Source: Dehalococcoidales bacterium (lineage in GTDB: Bacteria; Chloroflexota; Dehalococcoidia; Dehalococcoidales; UBA1222). From it: 38,735 nt of DNA. The position numbers were made by a program, and so were the translations under genes. The stretch spans positions 1 to 38,735 of the forward strand of contig JAEEOC010000069.1 of NCBI GenBank assembly GCA_016284035.1, given 5' to 3'. Within the stretch, counting starts at the first letter, position 1, and every line of letters begins with the position of its first letter. This document shows positions 26,317 to 34,091 of the stretch, in pieces. Below the pieces are notes generated by a model. That model saw nothing but the letters and a program-made list of their open reading frames with translations. It did no database searches and had not been told where the DNA came from.

Positions 26317-26810
26317 TGATGCAGGGCAGAGCTTTTAAATTCGGAGACAGTATCTCAACCGATCATATCGTTCCTGGTCGACTTGCTCATTTGAGGAGCA
26401 ATCTTCCTGAATTGGCTAAACACGTTCTCGAAGATGCTGATCCAACATTTGCATCACGTGTGAAGCCCGGCGATTTCGTTGTCGGAGGCAATAATTTTGG
26501 TCTTGGTTCTTCCCGCGAACATGCACCTTTAGTCATCAAGATGTCAGGAGTCAGTGCTGTTCTTGCCAAGAGCGTAGCACGAATCTTCTTCCGCAATGCC
26601 ATTAATCGAGGTCTACCCGTCCTTTTATGCGATACCGACAAGATTGATGACGGCGATACTCTTGACGTAGACATGGCAGCAGGAACAGTCACTGATGTCA
26701 CCAAGAATATCACTCTTACATTCACTCCGATTCCTCCCGCTATGCTTAAGATCCTCGATGAGGGTGGTCTTATCCCTTATATTCAGAAACATGGAGATTT
26801 TGATATCTAA
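26316..26810 (+). CDS. aconitase-superfamily dehydratase small subunit (LeuD/HacB type)
   Basis: 164 aa with a swivel domain carrying GGNNFGLGSSREHA. The substrate loop reads GRLAHLRSN. The start overlaps the large-subunit stop (TAATG). Confidence 0.9.
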   Translation: MMQGRAFKFGDSISTDHIVPGRLAHLRSNLPELAKHVLEDADPTFASRVKPGDFVVGGNNFGLGSSREHAPLVIKMSGVSAVLAKSVARIFFRNAINRGLPVLLCDTDKIDDGDTLDVDMAAGTVTDVTKNITLTFTPIPPAMLKILDEGGLIPYIQKHGDFDI

Positions 26811-27892
26811 TGAACAAGATACACAATATCACTCTTATCCCCGGCGACGGTATCGGACCAGAGATCACTGAAGCTACAAAAAGGGTAGTGGCAGAGTCAG
26901 GTGTCAGTATCGTCTGGGATGAAGTCCAAGCCGGCGCTGATGTTATGGATAAATATGGAACTCCGCTTCCTCAACACGTCCTAGAATCCATCAAAACAAA
27001 TAAGGTCGCATTGAAAGGTCCTATCACGACACCTGTTGGATTTGGTTTCCGATCAGTAAACGTTGCGTTACGCCAGTCGCTCGATCTTTATGTGTGTCTC
27101 AGACCATGTAAATTATATCCTGGCATTAAATCTCGATGCGAAAAAGTGGATCTTGTTATCGTCCGCGAGAACACCGAAGACCTTTATGCCGGTATCGAAT
27201 ACGAGAAAGGAAAACCCGAAACTCTCGAACTGCTTTCCAAACTTAAAGCAGATGGTCATATTATTAAAGAGGATTCTGGTATAAGCATAAAACCCATCTC
27301 AGAATCCGGAAGCCGAAGGATCCTCGACTGGGGTTTCAAATATGCTCTTAAAAATAATCGCAAATCCCTCGTAGCTGTTCATAAAGCCAATATCATGAAA
27401 TTCACTGATGGCATGTATCTTGCAGTTGCAAGGGAAGTAGCTGAAAAGTATCCACAGATAGAATTCAAAGATCTTATTGTTGACAATATGTCGATGCAGC
27501 TCGTCACTTGTCCCGAAAAATACGAAGTACTCGTTCTTCCAAATCTCTATGGTGATATCCTTTCCGATCTTTGTTCTGGACTCATCGGCGGTCTAGGTGT
27601 TGCACCTGGTGCGAATATCGGTGACGAATATGCATTATTTGAACCCACTCACGGTTCAGATCCCAGAAACAAGGGTAAATACATCGATAATCCAATTGCA
27701 CAGATGCTCTCAGCAGTCATGATGCTCCGACATATCGATGAGAACGAAGCAGCAGACAGGATAGAGAATGCAATCTCTGATGTACTTGAAGAGGGCACGT
27801 CATTAACTTGGGATCTTCTTCCTGAGGAAAAGCGTAATCAAGCAGTGGGTACATTAGAAATTGCTGAAGCCATTGTTCGAAAGATGAAGTAA
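26810..27892 (+). CDS. icd: isocitrate dehydrogenase-like beta-decarboxylating dehydrogenase
   Basis: 360 aa. The block GFRSVNVALRQSLDLYVCLRP matches the isocitrate-binding Ser-x-Asn block of IDH (E. coli [22 protein letters not shown], from memory), not the IPMDH type. LYGDILSD metal site. TAATG overlap with the upstream gene. Confidence 0.8.
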   Translation: MNKIHNITLIPGDGIGPEITEATKRVVAESGVSIVWDEVQAGADVMDKYGTPLPQHVLESIKTNKVALKGPITTPVGFGFRSVNVALRQSLDLYVCLRPCKLYPGIKSRCEKVDLVIVRENTEDLYAGIEYEKGKPETLELLSKLKADGHIIKEDSGISIKPISESGSRRILDWGFKYALKNNRKSLVAVHKANIMKFTDGMYLAVAREVAEKYPQIEFKDLIVDNMSMQLVTCPEKYEVLVLPNLYGDILSDLCSGLIGGLGVAPGANIGDEYALFEPTHGSDPRNKGKYIDNPIAQMLSAVMMLRHIDENEAADRIENAISDVLEEGTSLTWDLLPEEKRNQAVGTLEIAEAIVRKMK

Positions 27893-27933
27893 TTAATTTA
27901 TATTTATCGATTTTAGTTAAATATAATTAGCAT

Positions 27934-27966
27934 AGCCGGAGTACCATAATACTCCGGCTTTTTTGT
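27934..27966 (+). terminator. rho-independent terminator
   Basis: Stem agccggagta (27934-27943) / tactccggct (27950-27959), then a T6 run. Confidence 0.8.
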
Positions 27967-28036
27967 TTCTTTTCGAATAGTCTTAACGAGGGAAAGTGTT
28001 ATATTATAGAGAATATATTGATAAGAATAGGCAGAC

Positions 28037-28990
28037 ATGAAAGATAAGTTTGGCCGTGATATAACATATCTCAGAGTATCGATAACAGATCTATGCAATC
28101 TCAGATGCCGTTATTGTATGCCTGAAGAGGGCGTTCCTAAAAAGAAACATGCAGATCTTATCACTCAGGAAGAGCTTATAAAAGCTATTCAGATTGCAGT
28201 TTCTTTAGGGATTAAAAAGATTAGGATTACTGGTGGAGAGCCACTCTCAAAACCCAATATTATTCCAATCTGTGAACAGATTGCTGCAATTCCACACATT
28301 GATCACATCTGCATCACCACTAACGGAACATTTCTTCCTAAATATGCACTTGCTCTTAAGTCAGCAGGTGTAACTAGAGTTAATATCAGTATGGATACAC
28401 TAGTCCCTGAAAAATACCGCTATATCACTAGGGTCGGACAACTTGATGATGTATTACAAGGTATTGATTCAGCACTTTCAGTTGGATTTGAAAAGATCAA
28501 GATTAACGCAGTACTGATTGGCGGATTCAATGATGATGAGATTCCAGATTTATGTCGAATGACTGAGAAATACCCTGTCGATATGCGGTTTATTGAACTC
28601 ATGCCAATGTCTGGTAATTTTGATTTCGATGACAAATCTTATGTTTCCGGGGATATCGTTCTTGAAAAGATGCCTGAACTTGTTCCAGTCGATCTTGACG
28701 GCGGAGTAGCCCGTCTGTATAAACTCCCGAGTGGTCAGGGACGTATAGGTATAATCAATCCTATCAGTTCCCACTTCTGTGGTACCTGTAACCGTCTAAG
28801 ACTCATGTCAGACGGTAAGATAAAACCATGCCTTCATACATCTCAAGAGTTTTCTGTCAAAGGACTAGATGACGAAGGCATGAGACAGCAATTCTTAAAT
28901 GCTATCGAAGCAAAGCCTGCAAGACATCCAGATTTATCGAAAGACTCTCCAAGTCAGTCTATTCGCAATATGAATGAGATTGGCGGATAA
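28037..28990 (+). CDS. moaA: GTP 3',8-cyclase (radical SAM)
   Basis: LRVSITDLCNLRCRYCMP radical-SAM cluster motif and the C-terminal CGTCNRLRL second-cluster motif. Confidence 0.92.
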   Translation: MKDKFGRDITYLRVSITDLCNLRCRYCMPEEGVPKKKHADLITQEELIKAIQIAVSLGIKKIRITGGEPLSKPNIIPICEQIAAIPHIDHICITTNGTFLPKYALALKSAGVTRVNISMDTLVPEKYRYITRVGQLDDVLQGIDSALSVGFEKIKINAVLIGGFNDDEIPDLCRMTEKYPVDMRFIELMPMSGNFDFDDKSYVSGDIVLEKMPELVPVDLDGGVARLYKLPSGQGRIGIINPISSHFCGTCNRLRLMSDGKIKPCLHTSQEFSVKGLDDEGMRQQFLNAIEAKPARHPDLSKDSPSQSIRNMNEIGG

Positions 28991-29020
28991 TTATCTTAGT
29001 TTTCTATCGGAGCAATCAAC

Positions 29021-29521
29021 ATGCAGAACATGGAAGATTTCACTCATTTTAATGACCAGGGAAGAGCCAAGATGGTCGATGTTGGAGTCAAACAACCATC
29101 AAGAAGAGTGGCTATTGCCGGTGCAGAAGTTTATGTCAGTAAAGAGACCTTTCAGTTGATCCAATCAGGAGGAATGAAAAAGGGTGATGTACTGACAGTC
29201 GCACAGATCGGCGGCATCATGGGCGCAAAACATACGCCCGACATTATTCCCATGTGTCATCCGGTCATGATCGATGGAATCGATCTTAAACTGAATCTGA
29301 ATGAAGAGAAGTGCTGTGTAGTGATCCGTTCTTATGTATCTTGTGACGGACGTACCGGAGTTGAGATGGAGGCTCTTACTGCAGTATCTATTGCAGCCCT
29401 GACTATATATGACATGTGCAAAGCTGTTCAGAAAGACATTCTTATCTCTAATATTCGACTCATTAAAAAGACCGGCGGCATACATGGAGATTTCTTACGG
29501 GAAGGTGAATCAGATGAATAG
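29021..29521 (+). CDS. moaC: cyclic pyranopterin monophosphate synthase
   Basis: MVDVG.K, IPMCHP and EMEALTAVSIAALTIYDMCKA motifs. Confidence 0.92.
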   Translation: MQNMEDFTHFNDQGRAKMVDVGVKQPSRRVAIAGAEVYVSKETFQLIQSGGMKKGDVLTVAQIGGIMGAKHTPDIIPMCHPVMIDGIDLKLNLNEEKCCVVIRSYVSCDGRTGVEMEALTAVSIAALTIYDMCKAVQKDILISNIRLIKKTGGIHGDFLREGESDE

Positions 29522-29903
29522 ACCTTCAGTCGATGAATGGCTTAAGGAAGCAAAGACATCTCATGATGCCAATAAATGCGGCATGTATCTTGTGCATAAC
29601 GGAATAGTCCGTGAGACACCAAAAGCAAAAGTTCGCTTCAATGAAGATACCCAAAAGTCAGTCAGAGGCATGTTCTTCACATATGATGATGTTAAAGTCA
29701 CAAAAGCAATAGAAGATACCTATAAGATGCCTGGAATCTTCTATGTAAAAGTTTGGCTAAATCAAGGCAATTTAGAACTCAATGACGATATCATGTTGGT
29801 ACTTATCGGGGGAGACATTCGACCGCATGTCGTCGATGCATTACAATCTTTGGTAGGATATATAAAGAACGAATGCGTCACTGAACAAGAAAAATATTCT
29901 TAA
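29514..29903 (+). CDS. divergent MoaE-like protein (molybdopterin synthase large-subunit fold)
   Basis: The ATG at 29514 overlaps the moaC stop by 8 nt. The sequence threads on the MoaE pattern (GMYLVHNGIVRE ... VKVWLNQGNLELNDDIMLVLIGG ... YIKNE), but the canonical His-Arg and Lys residues are not obviously conserved. Confidence 0.45.
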   Translation: MNRPSVDEWLKEAKTSHDANKCGMYLVHNGIVRETPKAKVRFNEDTQKSVRGMFFTYDDVKVTKAIEDTYKMPGIFYVKVWLNQGNLELNDDIMLVLIGGDIRPHVVDALQSLVGYIKNECVTEQEKYS

Positions 29904-29916
29904 GGATTTGAGCATC

Positions 29917-30252
29917 ATGGAAGATTGTCTGTTTTGTAAGATCATAAAAGGTGATATACCCAGCACCAAAGTATATGAAGATGAACTCGTATATGCTTTT
30001 AGAGATATTAATCCCAGGGCTCCTGTGCATGTTCTAATTGTCCCTAAAAAGCATATCTCGACATTGAACGATCTTCAGCCGGATGATGAGCTTTTAATGG
30101 GTCATATCGCTCTTACGACTAAGAAGATTGCAGAATTAGAAGGCATTGCTGAATCAGGCTACAGGACGATTTTCAACTGCGGTAAAGACGGACGCCAGAT
30201 GGTGATGCATATCCATTGCCACGTTCTTGGCGGCAAGCTACTTCACGAGTAA
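29917..30252 (+). CDS. HIT family (Hint-like) nucleotide hydrolase
   Basis: CLFCKII N-terminus and the histidine triad HIHCHVLGG. The ATG at 29917 has AAGGA upstream. Confidence 0.88.
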   Translation: MEDCLFCKIIKGDIPSTKVYEDELVYAFRDINPRAPVHVLIVPKKHISTLNDLQPDDELLMGHIALTTKKIAELEGIAESGYRTIFNCGKDGRQMVMHIHCHVLGGKLLHE

Positions 30253-30771
30253 TTTATTCTGGACCATACAGAGCGCAATAAATGATTTGGCGTCCTCGAT
30301 TTCTCGGCGCCTGATCATGTTTGCAAACTCGTCATAGGGAACTTTGATCACTTCGATTTCGTCAGTATCCTCGGCATGGAGTCTTGATTCCACTAGATTA
30401 GATGCTACATAGATATGCAGGTATTCATTGGTAAAGCCTGGGGCAGAGTAGTATCCTCCCAGTTTCTTGATGACTAAAGGCTTATAGCCGGTTTCTTCCT
30501 GTAATTCACGTACAACAGTCTCATCAGGATCTTCACCAGGTTCAACACAGCCGGCGGGGATCTCTAACAAATCCTTCATAAGGGGATGACGCCACTGTTT
30601 AACCAGAAGGACGTTTCTTTCATCATCAAATGCCAGTACAGCAACAGCTTCAGAGTGCTCGATGACTTCGCGGGTAGTGACAGAACCATCCTGCTGTTTG
30701 ATGGTATCGATACGAAGATGCACTGCAGCGCCATCAAATGCACGTTCAGAATTTAGAATCTCAGGTTTCAT
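30238..30771 (-). CDS. NUDIX hydrolase (ADP-ribose pyrophosphatase-like)
   Basis: Nudix box GCVEPGEDPDETVVRELQEETGY. ATGA overlap with the nadK stop. Confidence 0.85.
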   Translation of the reverse strand: MKPEILNSERAFDGAAVHLRIDTIKQQDGSVTTREVIEHSEAVAVLAFDDERNVLLVKQWRHPLMKDLLEIPAGCVEPGEDPDETVVRELQEETGYKPLVIKKLGGYYSAPGFTNEYLHIYVASNLVESRLHAEDTDEIEVIKVPYDEFANMIRRREIEDAKSFIALCMVQNKLLVK

Positions 30772-31595
30772 AGTCTCGTCCTCAGCTTATCAGTCAGTTT
30801 CTCAAAGAAATTATCTTCACCAAATCGAACGAATCGGACGGTTAGCTTGCTCATCCGGACATTGAATTTGGTGCGGTCAATAATGGGCAAGTTGATATGT
30901 CCATCGATATTCATGGTACAGGTATAACCTGAAAAGATCTCTATTTCTATAACTGAATCCGCAGATAAAACAATGGGATGATTGAATGTAAGATGAGGTG
31001 CAATACCGACTATCTGCAGATTGCGTGAAGAAGGATGCATGACAGAACCGCCACATGCATATGTATATCCAGTCGATCCAGTCGGTGTGGAACATACGAT
31101 TCCATCAGATTTAAGATATGTAAGCTTCTGCCCATTGATAACGACATTAAGCCCCAAAAGACGGGCCATTTCTCCGCGGGCTATAACGACATCATTTAAA
31201 GCATGAAAGGACTGTAATTCCTTATTTGGCTGCATTACATCAACGTCGAGGATACATCTTTCATCTAACCTGTAATCACCAGCTAGCATTCGATCAAGAT
31301 CTTCATCGACTTTATCCTTTGGAATTTCAGTCAGAAAGCCCAATGTTCCATGGTTTATGCCGGCAATAGGGACGTTGTAATTAGCGGTAATTTGAGCCGC
31401 CCTCAGAACTGTTCCGTCTCCACCTGCAGTGATAACAATATCGGATTCTTTTACTCTAGGTTCGAATTCGCAAGAATCCCAAGCAGAAGCTGTCCAACAG
31501 GAACAACCTTTATTTGTAAGGTATTCTTTGACATACTCGGCCTGTTTTACAGCGGCGTCGTTATGAGGATGGTAGATGACTCCGAATCTTTTCAT
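30768..31595 (-). CDS. nadK: NAD+ kinase
   Basis: GGDGT, NHGTLGFLTE and STPTGSTGY motifs. Confidence 0.9.
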   Translation of the reverse strand: MKRFGVIYHPHNDAAVKQAEYVKEYLTNKGCSCWTASAWDSCEFEPRVKESDIVITAGGDGTVLRAAQITANYNVPIAGINHGTLGFLTEIPKDKVDEDLDRMLAGDYRLDERCILDVDVMQPNKELQSFHALNDVVIARGEMARLLGLNVVINGQKLTYLKSDGIVCSTPTGSTGYTYACGGSVMHPSSRNLQIVGIAPHLTFNHPIVLSADSVIEIEIFSGYTCTMNIDGHINLPIIDRTKFNVRMSKLTVRFVRFGEDNFFEKLTDKLRTRL

Positions 31596-31634
31596 ATCTT
31601 TATCCTACTCCTCGATAGTCGAATAGATATAAAA

Positions 31635-31711
<77 letters not shown>

Positions 31712-31765
31712 CGCGATGCATAGATTATTTAACTACAATCGCAAATGGGGGTCAAATCGTTAATA

Positions 31766-32332
31766 CTATTGTTTGTCAGTCTGTTTGGATACTCGTTTGT
31801 TCTTTTTACGCATTATATAGAAGACTGCAAGTCCGATAAGTACTACTGCTGCAATAATAGCCCCAATCCATCCAAGCAACGAAAGAGTAGTAACGATAAC
31901 ACCGGAGATCATCACACCCAAAAGGATGCTGAAGAAGGCTTTTCTCCTTCCGAAGTTCAGAAGCTTCGCAGCAATAGATGCAGTCCAAGCTCCGGTCACG
32001 GGCAGAGGGATAGCGGTAAATATCGTAAGTCCGATCTCTTGATATTTTTCTACTCGTTCAACTTTAGCGGTCGTCTTTTCGAAGATAAACTCAAAGAAAC
32101 GTTTACATGCAGGGATGTGCGAGAATACTTTGACAACAAAATCCATAAAAATAAGGATGACGGGAACTGGAATCATATTGCCGATGACGGCAATTAAATA
32201 AACTTCATACCAAGGGAGATCGGCAGCAATTCCGATGGGAATAGCACCTCTTAATTCGACAATAGGAATCATCGAACCTAAGAGGACGACCAGTTCGGCC
32301 GGGATATCAAGACTCTGAAGAAATTCACTCAT
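31766..32332 (-). CDS. small integral membrane protein (COG2426 / putative small multidrug export-like family)
   Basis: 188 aa, about 5 TM, with the N-terminal block LLGSMIPIVELRGAIPIG characteristic of this family. Starts 2 nt after the CsoR-like stop. Confidence 0.6.
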   Translation of the reverse strand: MSEFLQSLDIPAELVVLLGSMIPIVELRGAIPIGIAADLPWYEVYLIAVIGNMIPVPVILIFMDFVVKVFSHIPACKRFFEFIFEKTTAKVERVEKYQEIGLTIFTAIPLPVTGAWTASIAAKLLNFGRRKAFFSILLGVMISGVIVTTLSLLGWIGAIIAAVVLIGLAVFYIMRKKNKRVSKQTDKQ

Positions 32333-32334
32333 GA

Positions 32335-32760
32335 TTATTTGAAGAACGTATCGATGGACTTTTCAAATTCCTCGAGGGTCTGCATATCACCATATGCCAT
32401 AGCATGAGTGATGCAGTGTTCGAGATGTTCATTGATGATAGATTTACCCAGGTTATTGATGGCAGCTCTTACAGCTGAGAGCTGAATCAAGACTTCAGAA
32501 CAGTCGACATCATTATCGATCATAGTCTGGATATGCTGAAGATGACCGATGGCTTTTGCAATACGATTAGTCTGTCGTTTCTTTTCTTCCTTAGAATGAT
32601 GATGATGAGGGACATTCTCATTCTCATCAAGATGCTCATGAACATATCTTTCCAGTTCTCCTTTATCATTAAAGCGGATATGCTCATGCTTGTGACTTTC
32701 AATATGGTCATCGTGTTCGTGTATCGCATTCAAAAGAATATTATCTTTATCTTTAGCCAT
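32335..32760 (-). CDS. CsoR/RcnR-family metal-sensing repressor with a His-rich N-terminal extension
   Basis: C-terminal ~85 aa: RIAKAIGHLQHIQTMI..DVDCSEVLIQLSAVRAAI...EHLEHC (a Cys ... His-x3-Cys ligand pattern). The N-terminal ~56 aa contain 12 His, including HHHH. Confidence 0.8.
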   Translation of the reverse strand: MAKDKDNILLNAIHEHDDHIESHKHEHIRFNDKGELERYVHEHLDENENVPHHHHSKEEKKRQTNRIAKAIGHLQHIQTMIDNDVDCSEVLIQLSAVRAAINNLGKSIINEHLEHCITHAMAYGDMQTLEEFEKSIDTFFK

Positions 32761-32772
32761 TTCAATTCACCT

Positions 32773-34020
32773 CTAAGCTATAAACAATGATAACAGTTTG
32801 AAGTAAATAATATAAATCACAGACTGTACAAAGCATATTGGTAATCCGATCTTAAAGAAATCCCAAAACGATATTGTAATTCCTTCTCGTTCACCTTGCT
32901 GGATAACAATCACATTGCTGGCTGCGCCAAGAATCGTTAAATTGCCAGCCAATGTGCTTCCCGCAAGAAGGGCAAAATATGAAAGGATCCCAGATCCTGT
33001 CGACTCAAGAATAGGAAGATAAAGCGTAACTAAAGGAACATTGGAAATCAGCTGGCTAATGAGTAGTCCAATAAGATAAACCGTAGTCGTATCATTGGCA
33101 TTGCTTGGAAGATTAGTAATCAATTCCTGCATCGTTTGAGAATCCCAAACTGCTTTCATTAGGATAAACATTGAACAGAAGAAGATCAATGTTCGCCAAT
33201 CGACTTCCTTGATCATCTTGATCCTTTCGTTTGAGAAAAGAACGATAGGTAAGGCTCCAGCAATAGCTATATACATGAATTTGAAATCAAAAGAAGGAAC
33301 AAAATGATTGAGTATTATCTTCAATATTATCAACACAAGCATCAGTATGATGCTTATTCTCGAAATATGATAAAGCTTGATATCTTTGATACGACATACA
33401 GAATCAGAATTAAATGAAATCTGTTTCTTAGTCAGCATCAGCCTTATGAACAAGAAAATGAAAACAACTGAAAGTGTTGTAGGAATAATTTGGTAAATAA
33501 AGAATTCAACAAATGCGTTTTGAAAGACTGCAGAAGAGGCAATCAAAAGGTTTTGCGGACTACCGATGGGACTAAGGATACATAAACTTGTAATCGAAAC
33601 AGCTAATGTCAAAAGAAATAGTTTCGCATTAAGATCACAGTCCTTGCATATTGCAAAGCACAGAATAGAACCTATGATAGCTATCGTGTCATTAGTAAAG
33701 ATCATAGAAAAGATCCCGACTGTCAAAATGAATACAAATAACAACATGTCTGTACTTTTGACTTTGTCGAAGATACGATGTGCTACATCAATGAGATAAC
33801 CACTGTCATTCAATGCATTTCCAATAATAAACATACAAAAGAGCAGGACGATGACATCAAAATCTATTGAATGAAATGCATCGATAGGTGTTATCTGCAG
33901 AGTACATAATACTGCAATAGCACCAAACAGCATGATCTGCCATATCTCGATTTTAATCTTTATCAGTGTCCGAATGATGATAAGCAGCAGTACGACACCG
34001 AGTATTATCAAAGGGATCAT
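32773..34020 (-). CDS. ArsB/NhaD-superfamily (CitMHS/YbiR-like) ion permease
   Basis: 415 aa polytopic membrane protein with two-fold internal symmetry typical of anion/ion permeases of this superfamily. Its stop lies 12 nt before the CsoR-like start. Confidence 0.6.
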   Translation of the reverse strand: MIPLIILGVVLLLIIIRTLIKIKIEIWQIMLFGAIAVLCTLQITPIDAFHSIDFDVIVLLFCMFIIGNALNDSGYLIDVAHRIFDKVKSTDMLLFVFILTVGIFSMIFTNDTIAIIGSILCFAICKDCDLNAKLFLLTLAVSITSLCILSPIGSPQNLLIASSAVFQNAFVEFFIYQIIPTTLSVVFIFLFIRLMLTKKQISFNSDSVCRIKDIKLYHISRISIILMLVLIILKIILNHFVPSFDFKFMYIAIAGALPIVLFSNERIKMIKEVDWRTLIFFCSMFILMKAVWDSQTMQELITNLPSNANDTTTVYLIGLLISQLISNVPLVTLYLPILESTGSGILSYFALLAGSTLAGNLTILGAASNVIVIQQGEREGITISFWDFFKIGLPICFVQSVIYIIYFKLLSLFIA

Positions 34021-34055
34021 ATAAATCCATTCAAATCAAAATGATGTGTATTTAA

Positions 34056-34084
34056 TTGTACGATATTATTCCATAAATTATAAT
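34056..34084 (+). promoter_or_regulatory. promoter of dxs positioned for a leaderless transcript
   Basis: TTGTAC (34056-34061), 17-nt spacer, perfect TATAAT (34079-34084), then 7 nt to the ATG at 34092. No SD. Confidence 0.45.
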
Positions 34085-34091
34085 TACGTAT

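Noticed and set aside
29409-29513. Long version of the MoaE-like ORF starting at 29409 inside moaC
   Set aside because: It would overlap moaC by 113 nt in another frame. The ATG at 29514, overlapping the moaC stop by 8 nt, gives the usual coupled arrangement, and the recognisable similarity starts there.
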